DNA of 34,998 nt, taken from IMG/VR virus record IMGVR_UViG_2706795655_000001; one strand, given 5' to 3'. This DNA comes from a virus. Lineage: Duplodnaviria; Heunggongvirae; Uroviricota; Caudoviricetes; Herelleviridae. The notes below the pieces were generated by a model, which did no database searches, was not told the DNA's origin, and saw only the letters and a program-made list of their open reading frames with translations. Shown one piece after another: positions 7,509-16,113 of this stretch (within the stretch, counting starts at the first letter, position 1; every line of letters starts with the position of its first letter). A program made the position numbers and the translations under genes.

Positions 7509-9759
7509 AGGATACAAGAACATATCGAACTACTTCTCACAGGTTGAAGATGTACCCGGAGCCTTTAAACATATCCTACAGACAGATACCGATGGTGTGT
7601 TCGGATTAGAAGTAGAACTATATAAGGGCGGAAGAAACATAACCGTTGTGACACCGCCCCAGATTCGTTTTGATGAAACGAATATTCTACCTTATCGCTT
7701 AACGTTAGTAGCGCGCCACACAGACGACTTACATGCTTATGAAGGTTATCTATCTAAACCTAGCTTCTTGCCTTTGTACGAGGGGATGAGCGGCTTATTC
7801 TTACGTGAATTACTGGAGATACAAGTAGGAGAAGATGAAGCACTAGAAATCCAGTGGCTCTTCAAAAGATACATTGATAATTGGCTCCTTACTTCTATAG
7901 ATAGGTATAAAAGTTATTTGAGTGGTAATGAGTACCCGGCTGGCTCTAAGATAGGAAGAACATTCCAAGATAAAATCCTACATGCAATCAATAAGTTATC
8001 ATCGTTTGATATGGCTCGAACATATAGTGAGAAAGTGGAACAGAAGATTGTCGGTAAGGTATATAAATTTAAACTAGGGATTACCATTCGTTCTAAGGAG
8101 CCTAAGAGACTGCTGGAGCAGATTGAGTCTATACTACGTAAATACGATTCACATAATACGGTAAGCCTGTACAAGAGGAAGTTAAAGGGCTTAAAAGATG
8201 AATGCGAGGAAAGATTGGTTATGAACGGAGAGAATGTAGTGAGTGATAGTGAAATTGTATCCTTATTCGGTGGGACAGTAGTAGCTCCCCAAGAAGTTGA
8301 ATCCGTTCAATCTGCTACTACTGAACCGAATAAAGTTAGAACACCTAGAAAGGATATCGGAGGTCTAGTCTCGTTGTTGCCTACATATCCAAGAGAAGAA
8401 GTGAAAGTGGATGCGAACATTGTGAGCTACCTAGCCGAAGCTATGAAGCGTGTAGGTCTGATTCCAACAGCGAGACTAGCGAATAGTACTGTTACAGCGG
8501 GTGCGCGGTTGACTGTTATTCAATGTGATATACCTAAGAAGAAGAACTTAAGTCATCTTATTTCAAAGGCTTCCGATATCCAAGCAGCACTAGGAGTCCC
8601 TTCGCTTAGTATAGAACAAGGTGAGGAACCTGATACTGCCAAATTTACCCTTCCTAATGAAGAAGCAGCTATCATCAGTTTACGGGAACTTATAGAGAGT
8701 CCATCGTTCCAAGAATACGCGAGTAATCACCCATTGCCTTTCATTGTAGGATTAGATGAAGTGGATACGCCAATCTATCTAGACTTGACAAAGCTCGTAC
8801 ATCTTATGATTGCTGGTACGACTGGTTCTGGTAAATCTGTATTTATGAATACGCTCATTATTAGTCTAATGGCTACGAACACACCAGAGATGTTACGATT
8901 CGTTATGATTGACCCTAAGATAGTAGAACTGGCTCAATATGAGGGGATGTCTCACGTAGATAAGATAGTAACGGATATGGAGAAAGCAGGTGCAGCTCTA
9001 AATGAGTTGGTTGTAGAGATGGAGAAGAGATACGAAACATTTAAAGATGCAGGAGTGAAAAGTATTAACATCTATAATGAAGTAGCAGACTGTAAAATGC
9101 CGTATATCGTATGTGTGATAGATGAATACGCAGACTTACACGATACAAACCCACATGTAGAAGAATATGTAACTCGACTAGGACAGAAAGCTCGTGCCGC
9201 TGGCATCCATTTAGTTATCGCTACACAAAGACCAGATGCAAAGGTAATCAGCGGACGTATCAAAGCAAATGTACAGAACGCAATCAGTTTCAATTTAAAT
9301 AGTAATGTGGATTACAAAACGGTATTCGGCAAAGGTATAGGCAATACAACGCTGTTAGGTCGTGGAGACGGTATCATGAGGATAGTAGCACACCCTAAAG
9401 AGTTCCAGCGGTTCCAGAGCGCTATTGTATCTCCTAATGAAATAGAAGAAGGTAAAGTGTATCAGAAGATTAGGGATTACTTTGGCGAGGTTAACCCGGA
9501 GGATATTAATATGGATGACTTTTACCCAGAAGCAGCGACAGAGGAGCCACTATTGAAACTTAAAAAAATTATAGCTAGTACGAGGGAGACAAAGGTAGGT
9601 AGGCTTAGAGAGATTATGGGAATCAAAGCAGAGGCATTGACAGAACTCATGGGACAGTTAGTAGAAGAAGGTTGGCTCATCAAACATGCTTCTAAGACAA
9701 AAGGATATGAATTAATCATTCCAGAGGAGATGTTATCAGAGTATAAAGGAGATTGGTAA
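7498..9759 (+). CDS. FtsK/SpoIIIE-family DNA translocase ATPase
   Basis: Alpha-domain-like segment, Walker A GTTGSGKS, Walker B IVCVIDEYADL, ARAAGIHLVIATQRP, LLGRGDG, C-terminal winged helix; no TM segments seen. Confidence 0.95.
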   Translation: MKSKGYKNISNYFSQVEDVPGAFKHILQTDTDGVFGLEVELYKGGRNITVVTPPQIRFDETNILPYRLTLVARHTDDLHAYEGYLSKPSFLPLYEGMSGLFLRELLEIQVGEDEALEIQWLFKRYIDNWLLTSIDRYKSYLSGNEYPAGSKIGRTFQDKILHAINKLSSFDMARTYSEKVEQKIVGKVYKFKLGITIRSKEPKRLLEQIESILRKYDSHNTVSLYKRKLKGLKDECEERLVMNGENVVSDSEIVSLFGGTVVAPQEVESVQSATTEPNKVRTPRKDIGGLVSLLPTYPREEVKVDANIVSYLAEAMKRVGLIPTARLANSTVTAGARLTVIQCDIPKKKNLSHLISKASDIQAALGVPSLSIEQGEEPDTAKFTLPNEEAAIISLRELIESPSFQEYASNHPLPFIVGLDEVDTPIYLDLTKLVHLMIAGTTGSGKSVFMNTLIISLMATNTPEMLRFVMIDPKIVELAQYEGMSHVDKIVTDMEKAGAALNELVVEMEKRYETFKDAGVKSINIYNEVADCKMPYIVCVIDEYADLHDTNPHVEEYVTRLGQKARAAGIHLVIATQRPDAKVISGRIKANVQNAISFNLNSNVDYKTVFGKGIGNTTLLGRGDGIMRIVAHPKEFQRFQSAIVSPNEIEEGKVYQKIRDYFGEVNPEDINMDDFYPEAATEEPLLKLKKIIASTRETKVGRLREIMGIKAEALTELMGQLVEEGWLIKHASKTKGYELIIPEEMLSEYKGDW

Positions 9760-9787
9760 AATATTTTAAAAAATGGAATAAAAAGTG

Positions 9788-9816
9788 TTGACCGTTAGTA
9801 AACATGATAGTAAGAT
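9788..9816 (+). promoter_or_regulatory. Sigma-A early promoter
   Basis: TTGACC-17-TAAGAT. Confidence 0.7.
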
Positions 9817-9848
9817 ATAAGTAAGCAAACGAAAGGGAGCTAACTAAA

Positions 9849-10079
9849 ATGTGCAAATACTGTGAAATAACTGAACTTCGTAACGCAGAGCCTATCGAAG
9901 CAGAGTGGATTGAAATTAAAGTAATCGGGAATACACTAAACTTAGACTACTCCGCTTACTCTTGTGACTCAAGTTTTGAAGAGGCTGTTAAAATCAACTT
10001 CTGTCCAATATGTGGCAAGGAACTTGTAGAATTACCTGTCATAGAAGAGGAGGAGGAAGAAGAAGAAGATGATGAATGA
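9849..10079 (+). CDS. Small Zn-binding protein with acidic tail
   Basis: CKYC...FCPICGKEL, poly-E/D C-terminus, AAAGGGAG RBS. Confidence 0.75.
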   Translation: MCKYCEITELRNAEPIEAEWIEIKVIGNTLNLDYSAYSCDSSFEEAVKINFCPICGKELVELPVIEEEEEEEEDDE

Positions 10080-10178
10080 AAGGGGTGTTGCTTAACGGTT
10101 TTATAATAAAAGTAGAGTCCGAGATTTATAGTGGAGTTGGGTTAGTCAAACAAAACATAATCTGGGGAGGAACTTATA

Positions 10179-10859
10179 ATGAAAAACACAACTAAAAAAT
10201 TCGCAATTGGTGGCGCTTTGGTAGCATCTTTATTAGTAGGAGCTATCGGGGGAGCGGGCGCAAGCAGTTATTTAAATGACAATACACAGGACTTAGTTAA
10301 ATTCAAAGCATGGAGCAATGAATTAACTGACAAAGTTGTGTCTAAAACACAAGCCAACAAAGAACTACAAGCTTCTATTGCTAACCTAGAAAAAGCAAAC
10401 AAAGAGTTGCAGGATGCAAACCAACAAAAAGATGCGGAAATTGCAAAGTTAAATAATGAAATCTCTATCTTCGTAGCACAAACACAAGCGCTACAGAAAG
10501 AAATCGAGAATAAAAACGCTACAATTGAAGACCTTACTAAGAAGGTAACGGCTCTAGAGTCACAGGTTAAAGGTCTTCAAGATAAAATCAATGGTTTAGA
10601 GAAAACAAATGCAGAACAACAGGCTACTATTAAAAACCTACAAGATACTTTAACTGCTACGCAACAAGCATTAAAGAACACACAAGTCATCTTAGATGCA
10701 ACAAAGAAAGAGTTAGATAAAGCGAACGCATCAGGTAAAGAGAAAGATAAAGAAATCGCAGAACTTAAAGCGAAGTTAAAAGAGTACCATGATGAAGTGG
10801 CTACACTTAAACCTTTACAGCAACAACAGGAAAAGAAAGTTAAAGATTCTGAGAAGTAA
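10179..10859 (+). CDS. Membrane-anchored or secreted long coiled-coil protein
   Basis: N-terminal signal/TM, then ~190 aa of heptad-rich K/E/Q/A/L; GGGGAGG RBS. Confidence 0.8.
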   Translation: MKNTTKKFAIGGALVASLLVGAIGGAGASSYLNDNTQDLVKFKAWSNELTDKVVSKTQANKELQASIANLEKANKELQDANQQKDAEIAKLNNEISIFVAQTQALQKEIENKNATIEDLTKKVTALESQVKGLQDKINGLEKTNAEQQATIKNLQDTLTATQQALKNTQVILDATKKELDKANASGKEKDKEIAELKAKLKEYHDEVATLKPLQQQQEKKVKDSEK

Positions 10860-10867
10860 GTTAGGGA

Positions 10868-10892
10868 GGGGAGCTTTCGGGTTCCTCTTTTA
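10868..10892 (+). terminator. Intrinsic terminator
   Basis: GGGGAGCT-TTCG-GGTTCCTC then T run. Confidence 0.75.
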
Positions 10893-10904
10893 TAAAAATA
10901 GTTG

Positions 10905-10933
10905 TTGACTTTAAGTAAATGATAGTGTAATAT
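10905..10933 (+). promoter_or_regulatory. Sigma-A early promoter (cassette family)
   Basis: AAAATAGTTG-TTGACT-17-TAATAT. Confidence 0.8.
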
Positions 10934-10965
10934 AAAAGTATAAGATAAACAAGGAGCTGTTGAAA

Positions 10966-11295
10966 GTGAAACATAAAAAGAAAATAATGGGTGCATGTGT
11001 AGCGACTATGTGTGCTTGTAGTTTTGGTCTAGGTTGGGGGTATAATCAAGTACAGCATGAACGTAAAGAAGAGGTGAGAAATGAGGCAATCAAGAATACA
11101 CCGAGAAATGTTGAGTATGAAGTAGCTTCAATAGAAGGGGATGAGTACTTAGCTATAGGTAACGAATTCGATAAATATGGTATGCGACAAGGTATAAAGC
11201 TAACACCTCAACAAGTAGGGAAGTGTCTAGAAATTGGGGATAAAGTTGTAGGTGTATGGGAAGGTAAAAACTTAGTTAATGTAATTGCAAAATAA
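10966..11295 (+). CDS. Hypothetical protein with N-terminal TM
   Basis: AAGGAG RBS, GTG 10966. Confidence 0.7.
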   Translation: MKHKKKIMGACVATMCACSFGLGWGYNQVQHERKEEVRNEAIKNTPRNVEYEVASIEGDEYLAIGNEFDKYGMRQGIKLTPQQVGKCLEIGDKVVGVWEGKNLVNVIAK

Positions 11296-11309
11296 AGGAG
11301 AGGGTTAAA

Positions 11310-11492
11310 GTGAAAGTTAAAAAGAAATCAGGAAAACCGTTTAAATCAGGGAATAAGGTGAATACAGTAATAGGTATTATTCACCATCCAGAAGTTAAAG
11401 GAGAGAAAGCATACATCTTTAAAGAGGATGCTTCCTATGTGAGTGTAGCGATGTGCGAAGAAGTGAAAGAGGGTGATACAGTTGAAGAATAG
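11310..11492 (+). CDS. Small hypothetical phage protein
   Basis: AAGGAGAGG RBS; KKSGKPFKSG..HP..ED.SYV. Confidence 0.7.
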   Translation: MKVKKKSGKPFKSGNKVNTVIGIIHHPEVKGEKAYIFKEDASYVSVAMCEEVKEGDTVEE

Positions 11493-11985
11493 AAAACCAG
11501 CTATCATCGGTTTAGTTGTCGTAGGTCTGTTCACAGGATATCATACGTTCTTTGGGAAAGCTAAGACTGTTACAAATGTAGCGAGTATGCCGTACACTGA
11601 GATGGATAAACGAGCTAACCAGTATCAGATTGATGAATTAAAGTACGAAAAGAATAAAGCAGACTTTATTGAAATTTTAGACTATTTAGTATCATTCGAA
11701 AATATGGGTTACTTCAATATGAAATGGGATATCCCGGATAAGTACACGGTAGTTTTATCATTAGATATTGACAATGCAGCTAGAGTCCATAATGGTACTG
11801 CTGTACAGGTGTATGAAATCGTGAGAGCGAATAAGGATAACTTCGGATATTATTTACAGGCTTTTAATAATACGTTCCATAATGGGAAAGCTAAAGAAGG
11901 AGACTTAACTCTCATCATAACAAATAAACAGGGTAAAGAGATTGCTCGTACACAAAAGCTATTAGAATCGGGCGCTCGACAGTAA
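11482..11985 (+). CDS. Hypothetical protein with N-terminal TM
   Basis: GAGGGTG RBS before TTG 11482; PAIIGLVVVGLF anchor. Confidence 0.7.
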   Translation: MKNRKPAIIGLVVVGLFTGYHTFFGKAKTVTNVASMPYTEMDKRANQYQIDELKYEKNKADFIEILDYLVSFENMGYFNMKWDIPDKYTVVLSLDIDNAARVHNGTAVQVYEIVRANKDNFGYYLQAFNNTFHNGKAKEGDLTLIITNKQGKEIARTQKLLESGARQ

Positions 11986-11997
11986 GGAGACAATGCT

Positions 11998-12096
11998 ATG
12001 GTATATATGGATTCTCACACAGGAATGGTTATAATGGCGATAGGAGTCATTATAATGGGGTACTTAATGTTCTGGTTCCTCAACAAAATGAAATGA
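11998..12096 (+). CDS. 32-aa single-TM peptide (not in ORF track)
   Basis: AAGGAG RBS; MVYMDSHTGMVIMAIGVIIMGYLMFWFLNKMK. Confidence 0.5.
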   Translation: MVYMDSHTGMVIMAIGVIIMGYLMFWFLNKMK

Positions 12097-12123
12097 CGTG
12101 TGAGATTTTTTTAAAAATAGTTG

Positions 12124-12152
12124 TTGACTTTAAGTAAATGGTGTAATATTAT
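12124..12152 (+). promoter_or_regulatory. Sigma-A early promoter (cassette family)
   Basis: TTGACT-17-TATTAT. Confidence 0.8.
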
Positions 12153-12177
12153 TAAGGTAATGAGAGGGAGGATACAA

Positions 12178-12417
12178 ATGAGTAATAAAGGTGGACTGTA
12201 TAAGTATGAGTTTTACGACCCAGAAGTAGAAATAAATGGGCTACTACTAGCTAAAAACGATGAAGATGCACAAAAGAAAGCTAACGCGCTGTTGTACATC
12301 ACACATCCCGATGAAGAAGAAACATTACCAACAGTAGAACATGTACTGGATATGGATAAGTTCGAAACTTTAGTTGTAACAGGTTCAGTTGAGACTTATT
12401 ATGATGACTGGGACTGA
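12178..12417 (+). CDS. Acidic hypothetical protein
   Basis: GGGAGG RBS, ATG 12178. Confidence 0.7.
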   Translation: MSNKGGLYKYEFYDPEVEINGLLLAKNDEDAQKKANALLYITHPDEEETLPTVEHVLDMDKFETLVVTGSVETYYDDWD

Positions 12418-12436
12418 AAAAGTTTAAAAATAGTTG

Positions 12437-12465
12437 TTGACTTTAAGTAAATAGTATGATAAGAT
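12437..12465 (+). promoter_or_regulatory. Sigma-A early promoter (cassette family)
   Basis: TTGACT-17-TAAGAT with TGn extension. Confidence 0.85.
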
Positions 12466-12505
12466 AAAGACAGTTAAGAAAAACAATTACTAGGAGGAAA
12501 TACAA

Positions 12506-12649
12506 ATGAATAAAGAAGATTGGTGTCATAACTGCGACAATCACTTTGATGACTGCGAGTGCTGGGAATGTGAAGAGTGTGGAGATGTAGTAGAAGATGG
12601 AGAAACTTTATGCGAGAATTGCAAGGAGGAGGAAGAAGACGATGAGTAA
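12506..12649 (+). CDS. 47-aa Cys-rich acidic microprotein (not in ORF track)
   Basis: TAGGAGG RBS; CHNC..CEC..CEEC..CENC then EEEEDDE. Confidence 0.7.
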   Translation: MNKEDWCHNCDNHFDDCECWECEECGDVVEDGETLCENCKEEEEDDE

Positions 12650-12800
12650 ACCAAAAGCATGTAGTGAAGTAAAAGAGTGTATCCTTTGTTTTAACACAAA
12701 TAAAGATGAAATCGAAAAGGTTCCAGTATTTACAGATAGAGATGGTAACGAAGGTGAGTTTGTAGAGTGGATGTGTAAAGAAGGAGAGGGGTGCTGCTAA
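12642..12800 (+). CDS. 52-aa Cys-rich protein
   Basis: GGAGGAGG RBS, ATG 12642; C..CILC..C..CC. Confidence 0.65.
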   Translation: MSKPKACSEVKECILCFNTNKDEIEKVPVFTDRDGNEGEFVEWMCKEGEGCC

Positions 12801-12802
12801 TT

Positions 12803-13012
12803 ATGGAAGAGAAAGCAATGATTGGAAAAGGTGTACGAATTTACTCAATCATAGGAGAGAACGGAAGATACATGGTAGTAGGTGGTCTGCGCTTAAAAGG
12901 GAACAAAAAGCTAGTAGATGAGATAGCGGAAGTACCTGCATCAAACATCGAAGAAGTAAAAGAAATCATTATGCGTGGAGAAATTAAAAAGTACAGCATT
13001 TTAGGAAAATAG
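12803..13012 (+). CDS. Hypothetical protein
   Basis: ORF with purine-rich RBS; start uncertain (12791/12803). Confidence 0.6.
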   Translation: MEEKAMIGKGVRIYSIIGENGRYMVVGGLRLKGNKKLVDEIAEVPASNIEEVKEIIMRGEIKKYSILGK

Positions 13013-13015
13013 TTG

Positions 13016-13044
13016 TTGACTTAAAGTAAAAGAGATGATAATAT
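13016..13044 (+). promoter_or_regulatory. Sigma-A early promoter (cassette family)
   Basis: TTGACT-17-TAATAT. Confidence 0.8.
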
Positions 13045-13070
13045 AAAGGTAACGAAAGGAGGTGGTGTTA

Positions 13071-13289
13071 GTGGAAAAAGAATTATTCTTAAATCAAAGT
13101 GCAGTAAACCCGCTAGGTACTACACAGGTGACTTCGGTTGACATCACATTCATCACATACACGAAAGAACAGGTTCTAGATAGGATTGACAGATTCGTTG
13201 ATGTGTTCACAATGAACAGTGAGTTCTTAGGGCTTACAGATGTAAAACATTGGTTAACAGATTATGATGTAACGAAAGGGGAAAACTAA
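13071..13289 (+). CDS. Hypothetical protein
   Basis: AAGGAGGT RBS 7 nt before GTG 13071. Confidence 0.65.
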   Translation: MEKELFLNQSAVNPLGTTQVTSVDITFITYTKEQVLDRIDRFVDVFTMNSEFLGLTDVKHWLTDYDVTKGEN

Positions 13290-13290
13290 A

Positions 13291-13707
13291 ATGTCAAATA
13301 TTAATGTAAACATCACATATGTAATAACAGGTTATGATGAGTTAAACGGTTCGACTCCTGTGTTATACGCAGGTCATGACGAACAGTTAGCGGAGGCTGC
13401 GGTTAAAACTTCTATCTTGTGCGACTTTGAAAAAGAAGTGTGGCACAATGGACAGAAGGTACAAGTGCTATCGAAGTCTAGAATCGAAAGTAAGTGGGGT
13501 CTAAGAGAGGACAAACTTAGAAAGATGTTAGTCGATGCATTAGAGGCTTCTAACAAGATGGTAGAGAAGTTAGATAAGGTTGAAAGGGTTAAGGGATTAT
13601 TATGCAACCAAGAAAACCCAAACCTTACTGCGGATAATCTTAGGGATATATCTAACAATGTGAATACAATTAAACACATCATGGAGGACTTGTATGCACA
13701 ATCGTGA
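13291..13707 (+). CDS. Hypothetical protein, paralog of 14871..15314
   Basis: AAAGGGG RBS; shared NIxYV..YxGxDxExA..ExW motif. Confidence 0.75.
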   Translation: MSNINVNITYVITGYDELNGSTPVLYAGHDEQLAEAAVKTSILCDFEKEVWHNGQKVQVLSKSRIESKWGLREDKLRKMLVDALEASNKMVEKLDKVERVKGLLCNQENPNLTADNLRDISNNVNTIKHIMEDLYAQS

Positions 13708-14035
13708 GATGGCAAATAACGGTACAGGCGGTTGTATCACTTGCCCGTTCGCTTATACGGATGATTCTGAACAGGCACAGAACTACGGGTGCTTACCTAC
13801 AGAGTACGACATTATCAAGATGAAAGAAGAGACAGGACATAACTGGGCATGTCATTATGATGAGACGATTATGTGTGGTGGGTTCATTACAGAGGTTAAG
13901 AGACGTAGACCAGACTTGGACTTGACTAAAGGTGGACTAATCTCGTATGATACATGGTATAAGGAAGGACAAGAAGCAGCTATTAAAGAGGCGGAGGAGA
14001 AGTTAAATGAAAAGATATCTAATATTCGGGTTTGA
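13694..14035 (+). CDS. Cys-containing hypothetical protein
   Basis: GGAGG RBS; CITCP..GCLP..WACH..MCGG. Confidence 0.7.
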   Translation: MHNREMANNGTGGCITCPFAYTDDSEQAQNYGCLPTEYDIIKMKEETGHNWACHYDETIMCGGFITEVKRRRPDLDLTKGGLISYDTWYKEGQEAAIKEAEEKLNEKISNIRV

Positions 14036-14273
14036 CCATTACTATCCTTGTGGCGGTTTCGATGATTTACAAGTAGTTACAGATGATTTGACAAAAGGAA
14101 TCGAGTACATTAAAGAACATCATGCAGACTTAGTTGAAGGGTACATGTCAAGTAAGTGGGACAACTTTTATGTGTTCGACAGTGTAGAGAATCAATGGTA
14201 CGTATCTCGTGTGGAACTGTCTACAGAAACAGTTTACTTAGAAGAACAAGAGTTAGACTATACAGTATTATAG
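14007..14273 (+). CDS. YYPxGG-motif protein, paralog of 21065..21385
   Basis: YYPCGGFDD; GGAGG-like RBS. Confidence 0.7.
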   Translation: MKRYLIFGFDHYYPCGGFDDLQVVTDDLTKGIEYIKEHHADLVEGYMSSKWDNFYVFDSVENQWYVSRVELSTETVYLEEQELDYTVL

Positions 14274-14284
14274 GAGGGAATACA

Positions 14285-14509
14285 ATGGGAGTTAAAGAAA
14301 TTAAAGAAATGATGAGTAGCCCAGAAGCGAAAATTCACTTTGGACAAGTAGCAGAAAGAACTAAAGAAAATAAGATTCTTTTCTGCTACTATGTAGCTAG
14401 ATTGCTAGATGAAGAGGTGGAGTGTCCGTTTGAGGACATGCTACCGGAGAACTTACAAAAGGCTTATGAGTATTGTGTAGAGAAGGAATATAAATTCTTG
14501 AACGAGTAG
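14285..14509 (+). CDS. Hypothetical protein
   Basis: TAGGAGG RBS before ATG 14285. Confidence 0.7.
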   Translation: MGVKEIKEMMSSPEAKIHFGQVAERTKENKILFCYYVARLLDEEVECPFEDMLPENLQKAYEYCVEKEYKFLNE

Positions 14510-14517
14510 GAGGAATT

Positions 14518-14856
14518 ATGATGTTAAAATACATAAAAGATTTCGTGCGGTTATGGTGGTACATAAACTTATGGGGTGGCGGTATCACACAAGCGGAGCT
14601 TAGAAGTACACACGAGTTAGCGAAAGCAGCTAATCCAGCGTATAGAGCTACAATAGGAGGTACGTGGGAGCGTGTAGTACACACAACACATAAAGGATAC
14701 GGTAATCGGTCTTTCTGGGTTCGTAAAGGTTACAGAGCGCCATCTGAGAGACTACTAGAAAGAGAAGTATATATAGATGGGGAGCTTTACAAGGTACAAA
14801 AGCAAGCTGATGAGCGATTAGGCGGAAATAGAATGGTTACTGAATACATTAAATAA
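14518..14856 (+). CDS. Basic hypothetical protein
   Basis: AGGAGG RBS. Confidence 0.65.
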   Translation: MMLKYIKDFVRLWWYINLWGGGITQAELRSTHELAKAANPAYRATIGGTWERVVHTTHKGYGNRSFWVRKGYRAPSERLLEREVYIDGELYKVQKQADERLGGNRMVTEYIK

Positions 14857-14870
14857 TTGGGGGAATTATA

Positions 14871-15314
14871 ATGGAGAATATTATCTATGTTGGAGTAGTT
14901 AGAGACGACGATTGGAAAAAGAAGAATTTTTACATCGGTTCGGACTTTGAACGAGCTAAAGATATCGTACTTGCTGAGAGAAAAAGCGGCGTAGCTATCG
15001 TAGAACTTTGGGTAGGACAAGCAGTTATTCAATCATTCCGTTACAACACGTATCACAAGGAGTGGGTTGAAGAAATTAACCTAGAGAGCCAATCTATTAG
15101 TAATGCGAAAGATGCTATAGATAAACTTACAGATAGTTTAGGTAATTTAGGTATTGTTAGCGATGCTATTAACGGACTAGAAGACCATGAATCTATTAGT
15201 ATTCTTCTAGGTTCATTGAATAACCTTAGAGAAGCTTGCCTAGACCTATCAGTAAAAGCAAATGAGAGAGCAGCGAAGAAAGCAGATGGAGGTTTTTACA
15301 TTGGCAAAGACTAA
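14871..15314 (+). CDS. Hypothetical protein, paralog of 13291..13707
   Basis: GGGG RBS; shared N-terminal motif. Confidence 0.75.
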   Translation: MENIIYVGVVRDDDWKKKNFYIGSDFERAKDIVLAERKSGVAIVELWVGQAVIQSFRYNTYHKEWVEEINLESQSISNAKDAIDKLTDSLGNLGIVSDAINGLEDHESISILLGSLNNLREACLDLSVKANERAAKKADGGFYIGKD

Positions 15315-15495
15315 GATTAGTAGCCCGGTAGATTTTGAGAAACTAGACACAGCGACATTATTTCAATATGCATACTTGTATAAGAGTAGGTTGAAATACG
15401 GTAGCCCGATGATTGATTACTACACTAATATGCTAGAGTTGGTTAACTTTGAGATTGGTAGAAGAGCAGAATTATTTGAAAAGAGTTATAAATAA
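15301..15495 (+). CDS. Hypothetical protein
   Basis: GGAGG RBS 8 nt before TTG 15301. Confidence 0.6.
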   Translation: MAKTKISSPVDFEKLDTATLFQYAYLYKSRLKYGSPMIDYYTNMLELVNFEIGRRAELFEKSYK

Positions 15496-15499
15496 GTTG

Positions 15500-15528
15500 T
15501 TGACTTTAAGTAAATAATAGTTTAATAT
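15500..15528 (+). promoter_or_regulatory. Sigma-A early promoter (cassette family)
   Basis: TTGACT-17-TAATAT. Confidence 0.8.
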
Positions 15529-15561
15529 AAAAGTATAGAAAATAACAAGGAGGAAGTTAAA

Positions 15562-15771
15562 ATGAATAAAGGAATATTAATCGGAGGCTTTGCAGCAGTA
15601 TTAGTAGGCGGAGTACTTATCAGTAATGGTCACACAGTTTTAGGAGGACTGGCTACGGTGCTAGGAGCTAACATGACAGGTTGGCTTGCTGGAGTTAAGA
15701 ACTGCATCAGCCACTTAGCTAGAGAAGGACACCTAACAGACAACTGGCATGCTAAGTATAGCAAAAAATAA
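15562..15771 (+). CDS. Small Gly-rich membrane protein
   Basis: AAGGAGG RBS; two hydrophobic Gly-rich helices. Confidence 0.7.
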   Translation: MNKGILIGGFAAVLVGGVLISNGHTVLGGLATVLGANMTGWLAGVKNCISHLAREGHLTDNWHAKYSKK

Positions 15772-15792
15772 TGATATAAGTGTTGCAAAGTG

Positions 15793-15821
15793 TTGTACAC
15801 TGTTGGTTAATGTGGTACACT
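15793..15821 (+). promoter_or_regulatory. Possible sigma-A promoter
   Basis: TTGTAC-17-TACACT with TGn extension. Confidence 0.45.
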
Positions 15822-15850
15822 AGACTCATATCTAATAAGGAGTTGATAGT

Positions 15851-16102
15851 ATGACTACGGTAGTACATAGAAGAAGCGGAATTAAAAGAGGTAAACCATT
15901 CAGAGGTATTGATGTATTAGCAGAAATGAAGTTTAAATGGGTAGCAACTAGAGAAGCAGATTACGCTTATAGAATCATTAGTGGGAAGATGCTTAGAAAA
16001 GAGATTCCTAAGGATGGTGTAGGGTTCGATAGAAAAGGAGCTTTCAAAGTAGATACACCATTAAACTTCTTTCTTGAAAATGAATTTTATGAATATGTAT
16101 AG
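15851..16102 (+). CDS. Basic hypothetical protein
   Basis: AAGGAG RBS. Confidence 0.65.
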   Translation: MTTVVHRRSGIKRGKPFRGIDVLAEMKFKWVATREADYAYRIISGKMLRKEIPKDGVGFDRKGAFKVDTPLNFFLENEFYEYV

Positions 16103-16113
16103 GAGGAGAGAAT

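Noticed and set aside
2940-9760. Complete conjugative element or ICE
   Set aside because: No relaxase, VirB4, VirD4, integrase or att sites in the window; flanks are typical lytic phage genes.
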